Of a DNA stretch of 64,000 bases, positions 31,241 through 45,916 are shown in pieces (positions within the stretch are counted from its first letter, which is position 1; the number at the start of each line of letters is the position of its first letter). Source of the DNA: Escherichia coli (lineage in GTDB: Bacteria; Pseudomonadota; Gammaproteobacteria; Enterobacterales; Enterobacteriaceae). The position numbers and the translations under genes were made by a program. The stretch lies in assembly GCF_044324785.1 (NCBI RefSeq), contig NZ_CP172127.1. One strand, written 5' to 3'. Under the pieces are notes generated by a model that ran no database searches, was not told the DNA's origin, and worked only from the letters and a program-made list of their open reading frames with translations.

Positions 31241-34200
31241 CTATCTTTTTTTATCGTTTGACTGTCTGGAGTGACGACAATTCCAGGCTTTCTGTGTGCT
31301 TTTTGCATCTTTAGCACTAATATCACCACAATCAATTAGTTCCTGAAGTACGTCACATCTGTCGGGTTTTTTCCCATCACTCCAGAATCTGTCATTTATT
31401 ATGTCATTGACACGATCAGTTATCCCTGTGTCTGCAACATTTCCACGAGAAGCTATCATTGTTATATCTAATGCTAGTCCCGGATTATTCAATATTAGAG
31501 AGTCAAATATTCTTTGTGATGCTGTATCGTTCCACCATTTTGTCAATGCTTTTGCAGCATTATCATCTGCTTGCTGCTGTGCAGGGCTTTTGGGCCATGG
31601 AATTGGCAAGGGGAATGGTCTAGGAAAAACTTCTAACCCCAGAGGATCTGTATTCGTAACTGGATTCAACGGATACTGATAAAAATTCCATCCGCCCTTC
31701 AGCCCAATCGGATCCTGAGTGATATACCGCCCCTGCAGCGGGTCATAATAGCGGTGGCGGTTGTAATACAGGCCGGACTCCTCATCATACTGCTGACCCG
31801 GCAGGCGGATGGGCTGCTGCAGTTGATGCGGGTTCTCTTCATTCAGCAGGTTGCCCCACTCATCGTATTCTGCGCACCATTCTGTTGCCCCTTCCGTGCT
31901 GACAAGCGCCAGCGGCAGGCCGCGATGGTCGCAGTGGTACAGGTGGATTTTTCGCGCCGGCGTGTACACCGGGTCCATCTGGTTTTGTATCTGCTCCACC
32001 GTCAGGCCGCACGATGCCAGCCAGCGGCGGCTTTCCTCACTCACCCGGTCAGCCAGGATTTCACTTTCCAGCCGGTCGAGCATCTGCACCAGCACCGGCG
32101 GGAACACCACACTGCCACCGTCTTCACCGCCGGACTGCTGAAGCGCATCCGCCAGGCTGCGGCGCTGCGTTTTCGCCAGCTCACCGGTGGCGGTTTCGAC
32201 CCTGATGAGTGGCGTGAAGCTCCCCGGCTGATAAACCGTCTGGATGCGGGTTCTGTCGTTCTGTATCGTGGTCAGCCGGTCGCCGTCCCAGCCGTACCAG
32301 GTCACTTCCGGTTTCCGTGACAGCGACATCCAGCCCGTCAGGTCCCGTTCACGCCGCCACACCCGTTTTGCCACCCTGCGGCCCAGCGGGTCGTAAAGAT
32401 AGCGACTTTCGACCAGCGGCTCTGCATATTGTGTCCGCGTGTAGTGCACCAGCCGGTGCCGGCTGTCGTAATGATACCGGTGAGTCCGCTCATCATCCGT
32501 GCGGATAACCCCTTCCGGGCTGAGGTCGGTTTTCTCCGTCAGCCTGCCGTGACGGTCATACCGGTAAAGATAGTGCGCGTCACGGGCGATACGGTTATCC
32601 GGCCATGCGCTGAGGGGGCTGTCCGGGTGCAGCTCCGGGTCGGGCAGGCGGTTGCCCGCCGGGTCCGTGGCATACGGGATGCGGATATCAAGGTTCGCTG
32701 CCGTGGTGTGGACGCCGGTCAGCCTGCCGGTGTCGCTGTAGCTGTAACTCCGGGTCTGGCGCGGGCTGCTGATGCGGATGAGTTCGCCGTTGTCGTTCCA
32801 GGTGTAATCGCGGTCATACTGCAGGCTGTTCAGGTGCTGGCTCTGTAACTGCCCGGCAGGGGTGTAAGCGGTGGTGAGTTCATAACGGCCGAAGCTGCGC
32901 AGCGTTTCCCGGTGCAGGCGGTCGCGGGTGAAATCCACCAGCGGTGTGTCGCCGAGTTTCATGCCTGACAGCCAGCCGCTGCCGTAGGTCAGCCATTCCA
33001 CGGCGGGCAGGCTGTCCGGTATACAGCGGTTCGCCAGTCCCTGCGCGTTGTAAGCGTGTCTGGTTTCATGCTGCCAGAGCAGTGCTTCCGTCTGCAGGTG
33101 ATGCACCGTCTGGCGCTCACCGGTCAGGCGGCCTTTCTCATCATACCCGTAATGCACCGTCACCCGGTGGCCTTCGCTGAGATGGCTGATGCCTGTCAGC
33201 CAGCCGCGTTCGTCATACTGCCACTGCTCTGCAGGTTCACCCTTCACGGTACGCTGCGTGATGCGGTCTGCTTCGTCATAGTGCCAGTGGGTGACCAGCC
33301 CCTCATCCTCGCTGCGGATAAGTTTGCCGGTCAGGTCGTGGTGATAACGCTGTGTGCGGCCGTCAAAGCCGGTTTCCTGTATCAGACGGTCAAGTACATC
33401 GTAACGGAAGGTGGTGTGGCTGCCGTTTTCACTGGTCAGGCGGATGACCCGTCCGGCAGCATCGTATTCCATACTGCGCGTCAGACCACCCTGCGTGGTA
33501 CGGATGGCCTTTCCCCACGTATCGTACTGTGTCCCGTTTCTGCTGCCGTCCGGGGCAATGACGGCGGTCAGGTCACCGGCGGCGTTGTATTCATACCGCG
33601 TTTCATGGCCCTGCATGTCTTTCACCGCAATTAACTGTCCACGGCTGTCGTATGCGCGGTACTGGCTCAGGCCTTCCTCGCGGTGCACCGCCGTCACCTG
33701 ACCAAAACGGTCATGGTCATAACGGGTTACATAACCGGAACAGTCAGTGACGGTCAGCAACTGACCGTAACGGCTCCATGTCATGGTTTTCCGGCTGCCG
33801 GTGGCATCTTCCGTTGCGCAGGGTAAGTCACTGTGTGGATTATCATAACGGTAGCGGGTGATATCGCCGTTGTGTGCGGTTTCCTGAATCAGACGGCCGG
33901 ATTCATCATATTCCCGGCGCAACTCCAGCCCGTCAGTCCCGGTGGCTGACGTTAACTGGTTGTGGTGGTTATAGTAAAACGCCGATGCCCTGCCATCCGG
34001 TGTGGTGATGCGCGTGATGAGTCCCGTCACCACATCCGGGCTGTACTCAGTCGTCCGGCCTGCGGCATCCGTCTGTGCCTTAAGCCTGCCCACCGCGTCA
34101 AACTGACTCTGCGTGACGCTGCCGTCCGCGTGTTCCTTTTTCACCACCCGCTTCAGCCCGCCTTCGCCCTGCGTGTGCAGGACTTCACGGCGGTCCAGGC

Positions 34201-35374
34201 TGTCGGTGATGGTGATGTGGTCTTTCTCATACTGATACGTGTAGCTTAAGCCTGCCGGGTTTAGCTGTTCTGTCACCCGCCCGTCACTGTCGTAACGGTA
34301 ACGGATTTCCGGCCGGCCCGTGTGACGGTGCGCCACCATCCGGCCCCGGTATTTATCATCGTAAGTAAAGCTGCGCACCTGTGTGCCGCTGCGGTCATAC
34401 ACCGCCGCCAGTTCGCCGCGTGGCGTCCAGCCATAGCGTACCAGCGGCGCGGCTGGCAGGTTGTCCGGATATTCCGGGTCGTGCGTCAGCCACACGGCAG
34501 ACAGACGGATGCCGTTGTCCCGGCCATATTCGGTGTAACCCGGCAGGGTATCAGGAAAAGCGGACGGTTCCGCCCCGCCGGAAATGGCCTGCTGCCGGGC
34601 CTCTTCTGCCCGCTGCGCCTGCGTGGTCAGTACCAGCCGGAAGTGACGCCCGGCACCATCCGTCACGCCGGTGATTTCGCCGCTGAATTCGCCGCCAGCC
34701 TCACGGTGGAACGTCTGTGTGCGCCCGAAGCGGTCCACCAGCCCGGTCAGTACCCGGTACGGCGGCAGCGGCGCGGGCAGCACCTCATCCGCCTCCGGCA
34801 CCCGCTCACACCAGCCGAGTACCCACCACGGCCCCTGCGGACTGTTTGTCGCCAGATAACGATGCGGACTCAGGCGAAGCTCTTCCGGCAGCGCCTGCCA
34901 GAGTGCGGCCAGCCGGTGACCTTCATCCAGTTTCGCCATGCCGCCGCGCACCAGCCAGAGTGACTCGCTGCGGCTGTAACCGTCCTCACCGGGAAACAGG
35001 TGCTCAAAATACAGGCTTCTGCCGCCGTTATCACTGAGTATCAGTGTGTTATCGCGCAGCTGTAAGCGGATATCCGCAGGCATTTTCCAGCCGGGGCCGA
35101 GGCTCCCCACCGGCGCGGGCGTTTTTGTCCGGTAACTGCTGTAGGTGCGGGAGAGGATGAACGGCAGCGGGCCGGGCAGGGCAAGGTCGGTTTCTCCGGG
35201 AAGGACCTTCGCACCGAGCAGCGGATTGACCGGATGGCCGGACGTCACCCCGCCGGGGCACACCGAACAGGCCACACCGGTGGGGGCACCGATGCGCACC
35301 CCGGCAGAACCCTGAACAATGCTACCGCCATACTGCGTCATGTCGCCCTGACGCGCCGCCGGTTTTCCGCTCAT
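31241..35374 (-). CDS. rhsB: Rhs-family YD-repeat polymorphic toxin; symbol assigned by synteny (nikR-adjacent locus) only
   Basis: 1377 aa; many YD repeats (RYRYD, YTYQYE, YDxxGR); conserved core end PxxxxDPLGL at ~31634; GC-rich core with an AT-rich C-terminal tip (31241-31633). Confidence 0.9.
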   Translation of the reverse strand: MSGKPAARQGDMTQYGGSIVQGSAGVRIGAPTGVACSVCPGGVTSGHPVNPLLGAKVLPGETDLALPGPLPFILSRTYSSYRTKTPAPVGSLGPGWKMPADIRLQLRDNTLILSDNGGRSLYFEHLFPGEDGYSRSESLWLVRGGMAKLDEGHRLAALWQALPEELRLSPHRYLATNSPQGPWWVLGWCERVPEADEVLPAPLPPYRVLTGLVDRFGRTQTFHREAGGEFSGEITGVTDGAGRHFRLVLTTQAQRAEEARQQAISGGAEPSAFPDTLPGYTEYGRDNGIRLSAVWLTHDPEYPDNLPAAPLVRYGWTPRGELAAVYDRSGTQVRSFTYDDKYRGRMVAHRHTGRPEIRYRYDSDGRVTEQLNPAGLSYTYQYEKDHITITDSLDRREVLHTQGEGGLKRVVKKEHADGSVTQSQFDAVGRLKAQTDAAGRTTEYSPDVVTGLITRITTPDGRASAFYYNHHNQLTSATGTDGLELRREYDESGRLIQETAHNGDITRYRYDNPHSDLPCATEDATGSRKTMTWSRYGQLLTVTDCSGYVTRYDHDRFGQVTAVHREEGLSQYRAYDSRGQLIAVKDMQGHETRYEYNAAGDLTAVIAPDGSRNGTQYDTWGKAIRTTQGGLTRSMEYDAAGRVIRLTSENGSHTTFRYDVLDRLIQETGFDGRTQRYHHDLTGKLIRSEDEGLVTHWHYDEADRITQRTVKGEPAEQWQYDERGWLTGISHLSEGHRVTVHYGYDEKGRLTGERQTVHHLQTEALLWQHETRHAYNAQGLANRCIPDSLPAVEWLTYGSGWLSGMKLGDTPLVDFTRDRLHRETLRSFGRYELTTAYTPAGQLQSQHLNSLQYDRDYTWNDNGELIRISSPRQTRSYSYSDTGRLTGVHTTAANLDIRIPYATDPAGNRLPDPELHPDSPLSAWPDNRIARDAHYLYRYDRHGRLTEKTDLSPEGVIRTDDERTHRYHYDSRHRLVHYTRTQYAEPLVESRYLYDPLGRRVAKRVWRRERDLTGWMSLSRKPEVTWYGWDGDRLTTIQNDRTRIQTVYQPGSFTPLIRVETATGELAKTQRRSLADALQQSGGEDGGSVVFPPVLVQMLDRLESEILADRVSEESRRWLASCGLTVEQIQNQMDPVYTPARKIHLYHCDHRGLPLALVSTEGATEWCAEYDEWGNLLNEENPHQLQQPIRLPGQQYDEESGLYYNRHRYYDPLQGRYITQDPIGLKGGWNFYQYPLNPVTNTDPLGLEVFPRPFPLPIPWPKSPAQQQADDNAAKALTKWWNDTASQRIFDSLILNNPGLALDITMIASRGNVADTGITDRVNDIINDRFWSDGKKPDRCDVLQELIDCGDISAKDAKSTQKAWNCRHSRQSNDKKR
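31660..32092. repeat. Direct repeat of the Rhs core 3' end (main copy); partner at 29897-30336
   Basis: See partner repeat. Confidence 0.85.
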
Positions 35375-35576
35375 CGTAAAATCCTTTTCTATTATTTTAA
35401 TGACAGTATCTTCATACGAAAAAGCGAAGAAAAACTTGTGGTCACAATGAATTGAAGATTTTTAGGAATATATTTAGAACGTTACAAAAGAGAAGGTTCG
35501 GATAGGGTATTTAGAGAGGAATCAGGTGTGCTAGTGGCCCTTTGTTGATCGTTCACCAAAGGACCCAATAATAGGC

Positions 35577-38380
<2,804 letters not shown>

Positions 38381-38384
<4 letters not shown>

Positions 38385-39325
38385 GCGTGGGCTCCTTCAT
38401 GACGACGAATGCGCGGGTCCAGCGCGGCGTTGAGCAAATCGACAATCAAATTACAGACCACAAAAACCACCACCATCATCAGCGTAAAGCACTGGATCAC
38501 CGGATAGTCACGGTTAAAAATCGCCGACACCGCATAGCGCCCGACGCCCGGCCAGGCAAAGATGTTTTCGATAATCATCGTCCCGCCAATCAGTTCGCCA
38601 ATGTGCATCCCCACGGCGGTGATCATCGGCAGCGAGGCATTGCGCAGAATATGACGACGCTCGGTCTGTTTGTCATTCAGGCCGCGTAGCCGTGCCCAGG
38701 TGACGTGACGCTGACCGGCGACGTCCAGCATACTGGCGCGCAGCAGCCGCGCGTTAATCGCCAGCGACATAAAGGCAATGGAAACCGCAGGCAAAATGAT
38801 GTGCTGCCAGCCGCCGTAGCCCATCGCGGGTAGCCATTGCAGATATACCGAAAACGCCATCACCAGCAAAAACGCCAGCCAGAAGTTGGGCATCGATACG
38901 CCGAGAAACGCGATGAAACGTACGGCGAAATCCGGCAGACGATCGCGATGGCGCGCCGCCCAGATACCGAGCGGTACGGAAGTGAGCAGAATTAACACCA
39001 GCGCGGCACCTGCAAGTTCCAGCGTGGCGGGCAGGAAGTTCAGCATATCGTCCAGCACCGGGCGTTGGCTGGCGAATGAGATACCAAAGTCAAGATGCAG
39101 CGCCTTCCACAACCAGGTGCCGTACTGGACATACAGCGGCTGATCCAGCCCCAGCATGGTGCGTGTAGAGGCCAGCATCTCCGGCGTCGGCGGCAGGTTA
39201 GACAGACGCAGATAATCGAGCGCCGGGTCGCCGGTGCCGAGGCGCAGCATCAGAAAAATGATCACCGAGGCGGCGAGCACCATCGGGATCAGCAGCAGAA
39301 AGCGGCGTAATACGTAACGCAACAT
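38381..39325 (-). CDS. nikB: Nickel ABC transporter permease
   Basis: 314 aa polytopic, operon position. Confidence 0.93.
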
Positions 39326-40899
39326 TAAGGTTTCACCGGTTTAATCTGTTCGAACGGAATTTCGGTGGCGATCGGCGCGTAGGGGATGTTACCCAGCTCC
39401 GGTTTTGATACCACCATCATTGAGATGTAACTGATAGGCAGATAAACCGCCTCGTCATGCAGACGGGTCAGAATGTCGCGATACAGCGCCTGACGTTGCG
39501 TTTCGTCATGGGTTGCCAGCACTTCGCCGATCTCTTTATCAATCAGCGGCTTGTCGGCTAATCCTTGCTGTGCCTGGAAATCAGCGTGCGACGGTACGCG
39601 CATTGAACTCAGGAAGGCGTGTGGATCGTATGGCGCGCCCCAGGTGCGATGGAAAATCATGCCAAAACGACCGTCGCGCTGACGAGCATAGATACTGCTC
39701 TCTTCTTCGCCAATCAGTGAGACATCTGCGCCAATCTGGCGCATATCAGCCTGAATGATTTCCGCCATCGATTTGCTTAACGCATCGGTGCCGATGAACG
39801 ACAGTTCAATGCGCAGCGGCTGACCATTTTTCTCGCGGATGTCTTTGCCCGCAGGCAACGTCCAACCGGCTTTTTCCAGCAACGCTTTCGCTTTCTGCGG
39901 ATCGTACTGGCGCGGTTTCAGGCCGAGGTTGGCATAGGGCACAGAAGGAGCAAACAGGGTGTCGGCGACCTGCTGGGTGCCATACAACGCGTTATCAATC
40001 AGCGATTTTTTGTTTACCGCGTAATTGAGTGCTTCACGTACGGCCAGCTCGTTGGTGGGGGCTTTGGCGGTATTGAGTGCCAGCATCACGGTTTCGATCG
40101 GCTGTGACAGTTGGGTGTGGTAAGCCGGATTCTGGCTAAAGCGAGCGAAGGTATCGAGCGGTAATAACCCTTCGTTTCCGTACAGCAGGTCGATATCGCC
40201 AGTTTCAAACGCCACCGCGCGGGTAGTCGGGTCCGGGATGACGTTAAAAGTGATCTTCTTAATCGCCGGCTTCTCGCCCCAGTAGTTTTCGTTACGGACA
40301 AAGACATCGTACTGATTCAGTTTCGATTCCTGCAAAACCCACGGCCCGGTGCCAATTGGCGCTTTAATCCCGTTCATGGTTTCGTGGTTTTTAAACTGCG
40401 AGGGGGCGATAAAACGGAAAGGACGGGGCAGGGCCAGTTCTTGCAGGAAAGGATAGTAGGCGCTTTTCAGGGTGATTTGCAGCTCTGTTTTACTGAGTGC
40501 TTTGACATCAACAATCTGGTTTGCCAGCTCCAGCCAGGCGTGACGTTGACGGTTATCGAGCACTGCGCGGAAGTTTTCTGCCGCCGCCTCTGCATCAAAC
40601 GGTTCGCCGTTGGAGAATTTCACGTCATCACGCAGGGTGAAGGTCCAGGTTTTACCATCTTCTGAATGAGTCCAGCTTTTTGCCAGCCACGGGATCACCG
40701 AACCGTCTGCCTGATATTTCACCAGCGGTTCATAAACCATGCTCTGGGCGAACATCTGGTTAGGCGTGTAAAGGTGCGGGTTTAGTGGCCCGACATTCAC
40801 CGGCCAGGCGGTGGTGATTTCATCTGGTGCAGCGGCATGGACGATAAAAGACGCACAAGCCAGCAGCGCAAATAGAGTGCGGCGGAGTGTGGAGAGCAT
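39325..40899 (-). CDS. nikA: Periplasmic nickel-binding protein
   Basis: 524 aa with signal peptide [24 protein letters not shown]. Confidence 0.95.
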
Positions 40900-40936
40900 G
40901 GTAACCCCAATGGATTAAAATAGATGGCGGAAATAA

Positions 40937-40964
40937 GTATGACGATTTTAAGTATTCGTCATAC
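40937..40964 (-). promoter_or_regulatory. NikR operator (GTATGA-N16-TCATAC) in the nikA promoter region
   Basis: Inverted repeat GTATGACGATTTTAAGTATTCGTCATAC directly upstream of nikA. Confidence 0.8.
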
Positions 40965-41009
40965 TGATAACCTGTTCTGGATCAAAAGATGGACAGTCGG
41001 GTGGGCGGA

Positions 41010-41597
41010 TCAGTTAACTGAATCGATCCATTGCACACTGTCGGCGGAGAGCGTAAAGGGGGTGGGAGTGCAGATCGCCAGGCTTAAATTATCAAGCTGG
41101 CAATGGCTGACCGACAGTGATGACTGATAGGTGCTGTCTACGCTGACGATTTGCCAGGCGCTGCCGCCACGTTGTTTAACGATGGCTTCTTTGCGTGTCC
41201 AGATGCGCCAGAACATTTCCAGTTGCTGATCAGGATGCACGGCGTCCATCTCAGCGTGTTCCCCGAGGCTGAACACGGCGTTCGCCAGCCAACGCCAGTT
41301 GGCGCGCGGGCGAATCACTTCGATATCGCAGCCGACTTCGCCTTCATCGCTCAACAGCAGGGCGATATCGTCACCGCTATGGCTTAAGTTGAACCATAGC
41401 GGCGTTTCCGGCGCGAATGCCGGTTTGCCTTGTTCGCCATAGATGATCTCCGGTAGCGGGGAAAGCGTGTGCGAAAGCAATGCACGCCCCGCCAGCCAGC
41501 GTTCGCGTCGTGGACCTTGCGGTGCTTGCTCGCGTAAACCCGGTGGCAGTGGAGCTGCGCTTAAGGTCGAAACTTTCCCCAGAACTATCCGATACAT
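41010..41597 (-). CDS. acpT: 4'-phosphopantetheinyl transferase
   Basis: 195 aa, MYRIVLGKVSTLSAAPL, WTRKEA motif. Confidence 0.9.
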   Translation of the reverse strand: MYRIVLGKVSTLSAAPLPPGLREQAPQGPRRERWLAGRALLSHTLSPLPEIIYGEQGKPAFAPETPLWFNLSHSGDDIALLLSDEGEVGCDIEVIRPRANWRWLANAVFSLGEHAEMDAVHPDQQLEMFWRIWTRKEAIVKQRGGSAWQIVSVDSTYQSSLSVSHCQLDNLSLAICTPTPFTLSADSVQWIDSVN

Positions 41598-41651
41598 ATC
41601 AGGGCCAACGTTTAATGGAAAATGAAAGTGCGTATCGTATCACTTGTCGCC

Positions 41652-42701
41652 TCATCCCGGTAACCGACTTTTCGGTCTGCCTGGCCCCAGTAAAATCGCC
41701 AGTTTGCTACCGCCTTTCGTAGTTTCCATCCAGATTTTACACACGCTGGTTAATGGCACCGAAAGTAGCATCCCTACCGGGCCGAGCAGCCATCCCCAAA
41801 TTAACAATGAAAGAAATACCACCATGGTGGACATCCCCAGGCGATGGCCCATCATCCGTGGTTCTAAAATATTGCCGATGACCATATGGACAACTAAAAA
41901 CAATGCGCCGACCAGAATACATTCGTAAATACCATTAAACAGCAGCACCTGAATCATTGGCGGTACGGCGGAAATTACCGCGCCGATATTGGGCACGTAG
42001 TTGAGCAAAAACGCCAGTACTGCCCACATCAGCGCAAACTGTACGCCCATTAGCGCCAGCCCCAGCCAGACGATTACGCCTGTCCATAAACTTAGTAGCG
42101 TCTTTAACGCCAGATAATGCGAAACACCTTTTAAGGCGCGGTGTAGTCCGGCGATGTGAATCTGTGGATTATTCAACGCAAAACGCATTTTGTAAGGGAC
42201 GTGGCGCACTTCAAACAGCATGAAAACTACGGTCATCACCAGCAAAAGCACGCTCGCCATTGCCCCGGAAAGCCCGGTCATTAGCGCCGTGGTGAAGGTA
42301 ACCACTTTTTCCGAGTCCATCCGCTGCAGCATTCGCTCCGGTGACATATGCAAATTAAGAAAAGGCAACATCTCCTGCAATTTAAAAAGTTTGCGCGTCA
42401 GCTCCTTATTAAACTTCGGCAGCATAGAGATAAATTCGTTAAACGATGCCGCCAGTACGCCGACCAGCGCAGTTAGTGCGATCAGCATCACCACCACCAC
42501 AATCGTAATGGCAACGGGGCGTTGTACTCCCCGACGAATAAACCAGGTGACGAGCGGGTTGAGGACGATGGCAAAAAACAGCGCCAGTAACAGCTGCACA
42601 ATGATATCTGCCGCTGCGTGAATGCCCGCGAGGATCACTACCAGCGAGGCCAGCTTGAGCAGAATGTGCATGCCCGTTTTATCGGGTTGAGGGGTTTCCA
42701 T
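41652..42701 (-). CDS. yhhT: AI-2E family (PerM-like) transporter
   Basis: 349 aa from ATG at 42701 (METPQPDKTGMHILL) with AAGGAAG RBS. Confidence 0.85.
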   Translation of the reverse strand: METPQPDKTGMHILLKLASLVVILAGIHAAADIIVQLLLALFFAIVLNPLVTWFIRRGVQRPVAITIVVVVMLIALTALVGVLAASFNEFISMLPKFNKELTRKLFKLQEMLPFLNLHMSPERMLQRMDSEKVVTFTTALMTGLSGAMASVLLLVMTVVFMLFEVRHVPYKMRFALNNPQIHIAGLHRALKGVSHYLALKTLLSLWTGVIVWLGLALMGVQFALMWAVLAFLLNYVPNIGAVISAVPPMIQVLLFNGIYECILVGALFLVVHMVIGNILEPRMMGHRLGMSTMVVFLSLLIWGWLLGPVGMLLSVPLTSVCKIWMETTKGGSKLAILLGPGRPKSRLPG

Positions 42702-42832
42702 TGGGGCTTCCTTGTGACTTTTTGTATTAAGTGTAGCGGGAGTCACGCCAGCAATATTCTGATTCTTACTGCTGATTTTCACGTCAGCACGTGGTAAAAA
42801 TGAAACACTGTTGTAAAAATGTGGTGATCCTC

Positions 42833-44050
42833 ATGCCCGAACCCGTAGCCGAACCCGCGCTAAACGGATTGCGCCTGAATTTGCGCATTGTCTCTATAGT
42901 CATGTTTAACTTCGCCAGCTACCTCACCATCGGGTTGCCGCTCGCTGTATTACCGGGCTATGTCCATGATGTGATGGGCTTTAGCGCTTTTTGGGCAGGA
43001 TTGGTTATCAGCCTGCAATATTTCGCCACCTTGCTGAGCCGCCCTCATGCCGGACGTTACGCCGATTTGCTGGGACCCAAAAAGATTGTCGTCTTCGGTT
43101 TATGCGGCTGCTTTTTGAGCGGTCTGGGATATCTGACGGCAGGATTAACCGCCAGTCTGCCCGTCATCAGCCTGTTATTACTGTGCCTGGGGCGCGTGAT
43201 TCTTGGGATTGGGCAAAGTTTTGCCGGAACGGGATCGACCCTGTGGGGCGTTGGCGTGGTTGGTTCGCTGCATATCGGGCGGGTGATTTCGTGGAACGGC
43301 ATTGTCACTTACGGGGCGATGGCGATGGGTGCGCCGTTAGGTGTCGTGTTTTATCACTGGGGCGGCTTGCAGGCGTTAGCGTTAATCATCATGGGCGTGG
43401 CGCTGGTGGCCATTTTGTTGGCGATCCCGCGTCCGACGGTAAAAGCCAGTAAAGGCAAACCGCTGCCGTTTCGCGCGGTGCTTGGGCGCGTCTGGCTGTA
43501 CGGCATGGCGCTGGCACTGGCTTCCGCCGGATTTGGCGTTATCGCCACTTTTATCACGCTGTTTTATGACGCTAAAGGTTGGGACGGTGCGGCTTTCGCG
43601 TTGACGCTGTTTAGCTGTGCGTTTGTCGGTACCCGTTTGTTATTTCCTAATGGCATTAACCGTATCGGCGGCTTAAACGTGGCGATGATTTGCTTTAGCG
43701 TTGAGACAATCGGCCTGCTACTGGTTGGCGTGGCGACTATGCCGTGGATGGCGAAAATCGGCGTCTTACTCGCGGGGGCGGGGTTTTCGCTGGTGTTCCC
43801 GGCATTGGGCGTAGTGGCGGTAAAAGCGGTTCCGCAGCAAAATCAGGGGGCGGCGCTGGCAACTTACACCGTATTTATGGATTTATCGCTTGGCGTGACC
43901 GGACCACTGGCTGGGCTGGTGATGAGTTGGGCGGGCGTCCCGGTGATTTATCTGGCGGCGGCGGGACTGGTCGCAATCGCGTTATTACTGACGTGGCGAT
44001 TAAAAAAACGGCCTCCGGTGGAAGTACCTGAGGCCATCTCATCATCTTAA
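42833..44050 (+). CDS. yhhS: MFS transporter
   Basis: 405 aa from ATG at 42833 (MPEPVAEPALNGLRL); 12 predicted TM. Confidence 0.88.
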   Translation: MPEPVAEPALNGLRLNLRIVSIVMFNFASYLTIGLPLAVLPGYVHDVMGFSAFWAGLVISLQYFATLLSRPHAGRYADLLGPKKIVVFGLCGCFLSGLGYLTAGLTASLPVISLLLLCLGRVILGIGQSFAGTGSTLWGVGVVGSLHIGRVISWNGIVTYGAMAMGAPLGVVFYHWGGLQALALIIMGVALVAILLAIPRPTVKASKGKPLPFRAVLGRVWLYGMALALASAGFGVIATFITLFYDAKGWDGAAFALTLFSCAFVGTRLLFPNGINRIGGLNVAMICFSVETIGLLLVGVATMPWMAKIGVLLAGAGFSLVFPALGVVAVKAVPQQNQGAALATYTVFMDLSLGVTGPLAGLVMSWAGVPVIYLAAAGLVAIALLLTWRLKKRPPVEVPEAISSS

Positions 44051-44053
44051 AAC

Positions 44054-44611
44054 TTACTGAATAACCAGCGTATTAATGATGTTTTCTGCGGTGGTCTGTG
44101 CTTTTTGCTGATCGTCAGCTGGCAGCGTAATTTGCATGGTCAGCAGTTGGTTACCCACGTTACCCAGAATAACGGAAGAGTACGCCGTCTGGCCTTTCGC
44201 GGAGATAATGCTGTCTAACTGCTGCATTTTGTGACCTTTCAGCTCAATGGCTTTATTGGTTACCACTTGCAGCTGCGGATCGCGGCTACGTTGCTGATCT
44301 TCCAGGCGCTTCGCCAGCACCGCCAGATCTTCTTTCGGATCATCGCCCATGATGACGATGACTGCTTTTTGCCCGGTGGCGTCGGACCAGACATGCATGT
44401 TATTAGCCTGCGTTCCCAGCTTACCGCTCTGGTCGGTCATATCCGCTGGCAGCGAGAAACTTAACTTGCCATCAAGCAGGTTGACGGGATTCCCGGTAGC
44501 GTTACTTTCCGCGACCGAACCCTGCGCCGTAGCGTTAGTGTCTTTATCATCACAGGCCGCAAGCCCCATAACCAGCAGGCCAATTCCGACATATTTAACC
44601 AGATTGCGCAT
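44054..44611 (-). CDS. dcrB: Periplasmic lipoprotein DcrB
   Basis: 185 aa from ATG at 44611 ([22 protein letters not shown]) with lipobox. Confidence 0.88.
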
Positions 44612-44683
44612 TGACTTCTTCCTTTCGATAAACGGCCATAACGGCTCATTCATCCATCTTATCACAACTCTGATAACGAACCT

Positions 44684-45349
44684 TTAACTCGCCTGCAAAG
44701 CGTTGATTTCGGATTTATCTGCCAGTCTTTTCAACAGCATATTGAGTAATACACCATACATTGGTAGGAAGAAAACGATACTGATTAACACTTTGAAACA
44801 GTAATCGACCAGCGCGATTTCCATCCAGTGTTCAGCCATAAAGGCATCCGGGCTACGCCAGAAGGCAATGAAGAAAAAGGCCAGCGTGTCGCTGACGTTA
44901 CCGAACAGTGTGGAAGCCGTCGGTGCCAGCCACCAGCGGCGACTCTGACGCAGGCGGTTAAAAACGTGCACGTCGAGGATTTGCCCCAGCGCGTAGGCCA
45001 TGAAACTGGCGGTGGCGATACGGGCGACAAACAGGTTGAAGTGGGCGAGCGCGCCGAATCCCTGCCAGGAACCCATATAGAACAGCGACGAGATGACGTA
45101 GGAGATCAGTAACGCCGGGATCATCACCGCAAAGATGATACGACGGGCCAGCGGTGCGCCAAAAATACGCACAGTCAGGTCGGTAGCAAGGAAAATAAAC
45201 GGAAAGCTAAACGCGCCCCAGGTGGTATGGAAACCAAAAATGGAGATGGGAAGCTGAACCAGATAGTTACTGGAGGTGATCACCAGAAGATGAAATAACG
45301 ATAACCAGAACAACGCCTTATAGCGTTGAGTTTGCGAGAAAACGTTCAT
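44684..45349 (-). CDS. yhhQ: Queuosine precursor transporter
   Basis: 221 aa polytopic membrane protein. Confidence 0.9.
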   Translation of the reverse strand: MNVFSQTQRYKALFWLSLFHLLVITSSNYLVQLPISIFGFHTTWGAFSFPFIFLATDLTVRIFGAPLARRIIFAVMIPALLISYVISSLFYMGSWQGFGALAHFNLFVARIATASFMAYALGQILDVHVFNRLRQSRRWWLAPTASTLFGNVSDTLAFFFIAFWRSPDAFMAEHWMEIALVDYCFKVLISIVFFLPMYGVLLNMLLKRLADKSEINALQAS

Positions 45350-45569
45350 ATTGTACCTTTTTGATTAACCATTGGGGTGAGGGAACCCAATACGTACGAC
45401 ACGTCTGTTACCTTAACATAATAACGTGCTGACCCTTTTTTCGAGCCGCCGCATGATACTGCTTTACGTTGACAATGCAATGGTTAATTTTCACGCAATC
45501 GTTAACCTGGTTTGCTTACGGACTCACAGGGCGTAAACTAGCGCCGTTTTTTTATGTGATGAGAAGAAA

Positions 45570-45815
45570 ATGACCGATCTCTTTTCCAGCCCTGACCACA
45601 CACTCGACGCACTTGGCCTGCGCTGCCCGGAACCAGTAATGATGGTGCGCAAAACAGTGCGCAATATGCAGCCAGGTGAAACGTTGCTGATTATTGCTGA
45701 CGATCCGGCGACGACCCGCGATATTCCTGGGTTTTGTACCTTTATGGAACACGAACTGGTTGCTAAAGAGACGGATGGACTGCCTTATCGTTATTTGATT
45801 CGTAAAGGCGGTTGA
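45570..45815 (+). CDS. tusA: Sulfur carrier protein TusA
   Basis: 81 aa with CPxP active-site motif (LRCPEPVMM). Confidence 0.95.
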
Positions 45816-45916
45816 TGGGGGAAGATTGGCTTCGATGCCGCCTTTTCCCCTCACCCTAACCCTCTCCCCAGAGGAGCGAGGGGACCGATCGCGCTCAATG
45901 TTGCGATCGGTTTGCC

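Noticed and set aside
32014-35037. Multiple plus-strand ORFs of 60-213 aa
   Set aside because: All lie antisense within the GC-rich Rhs core, where high GC suppresses stop codons; Arg/Pro/Ala-rich with no support
35375-35576. Hairpin CCTTTG-N12-CAAAGG between rhs and nikR as a terminator
   Set aside because: Short stem with no U-tract on either strand; not convincing
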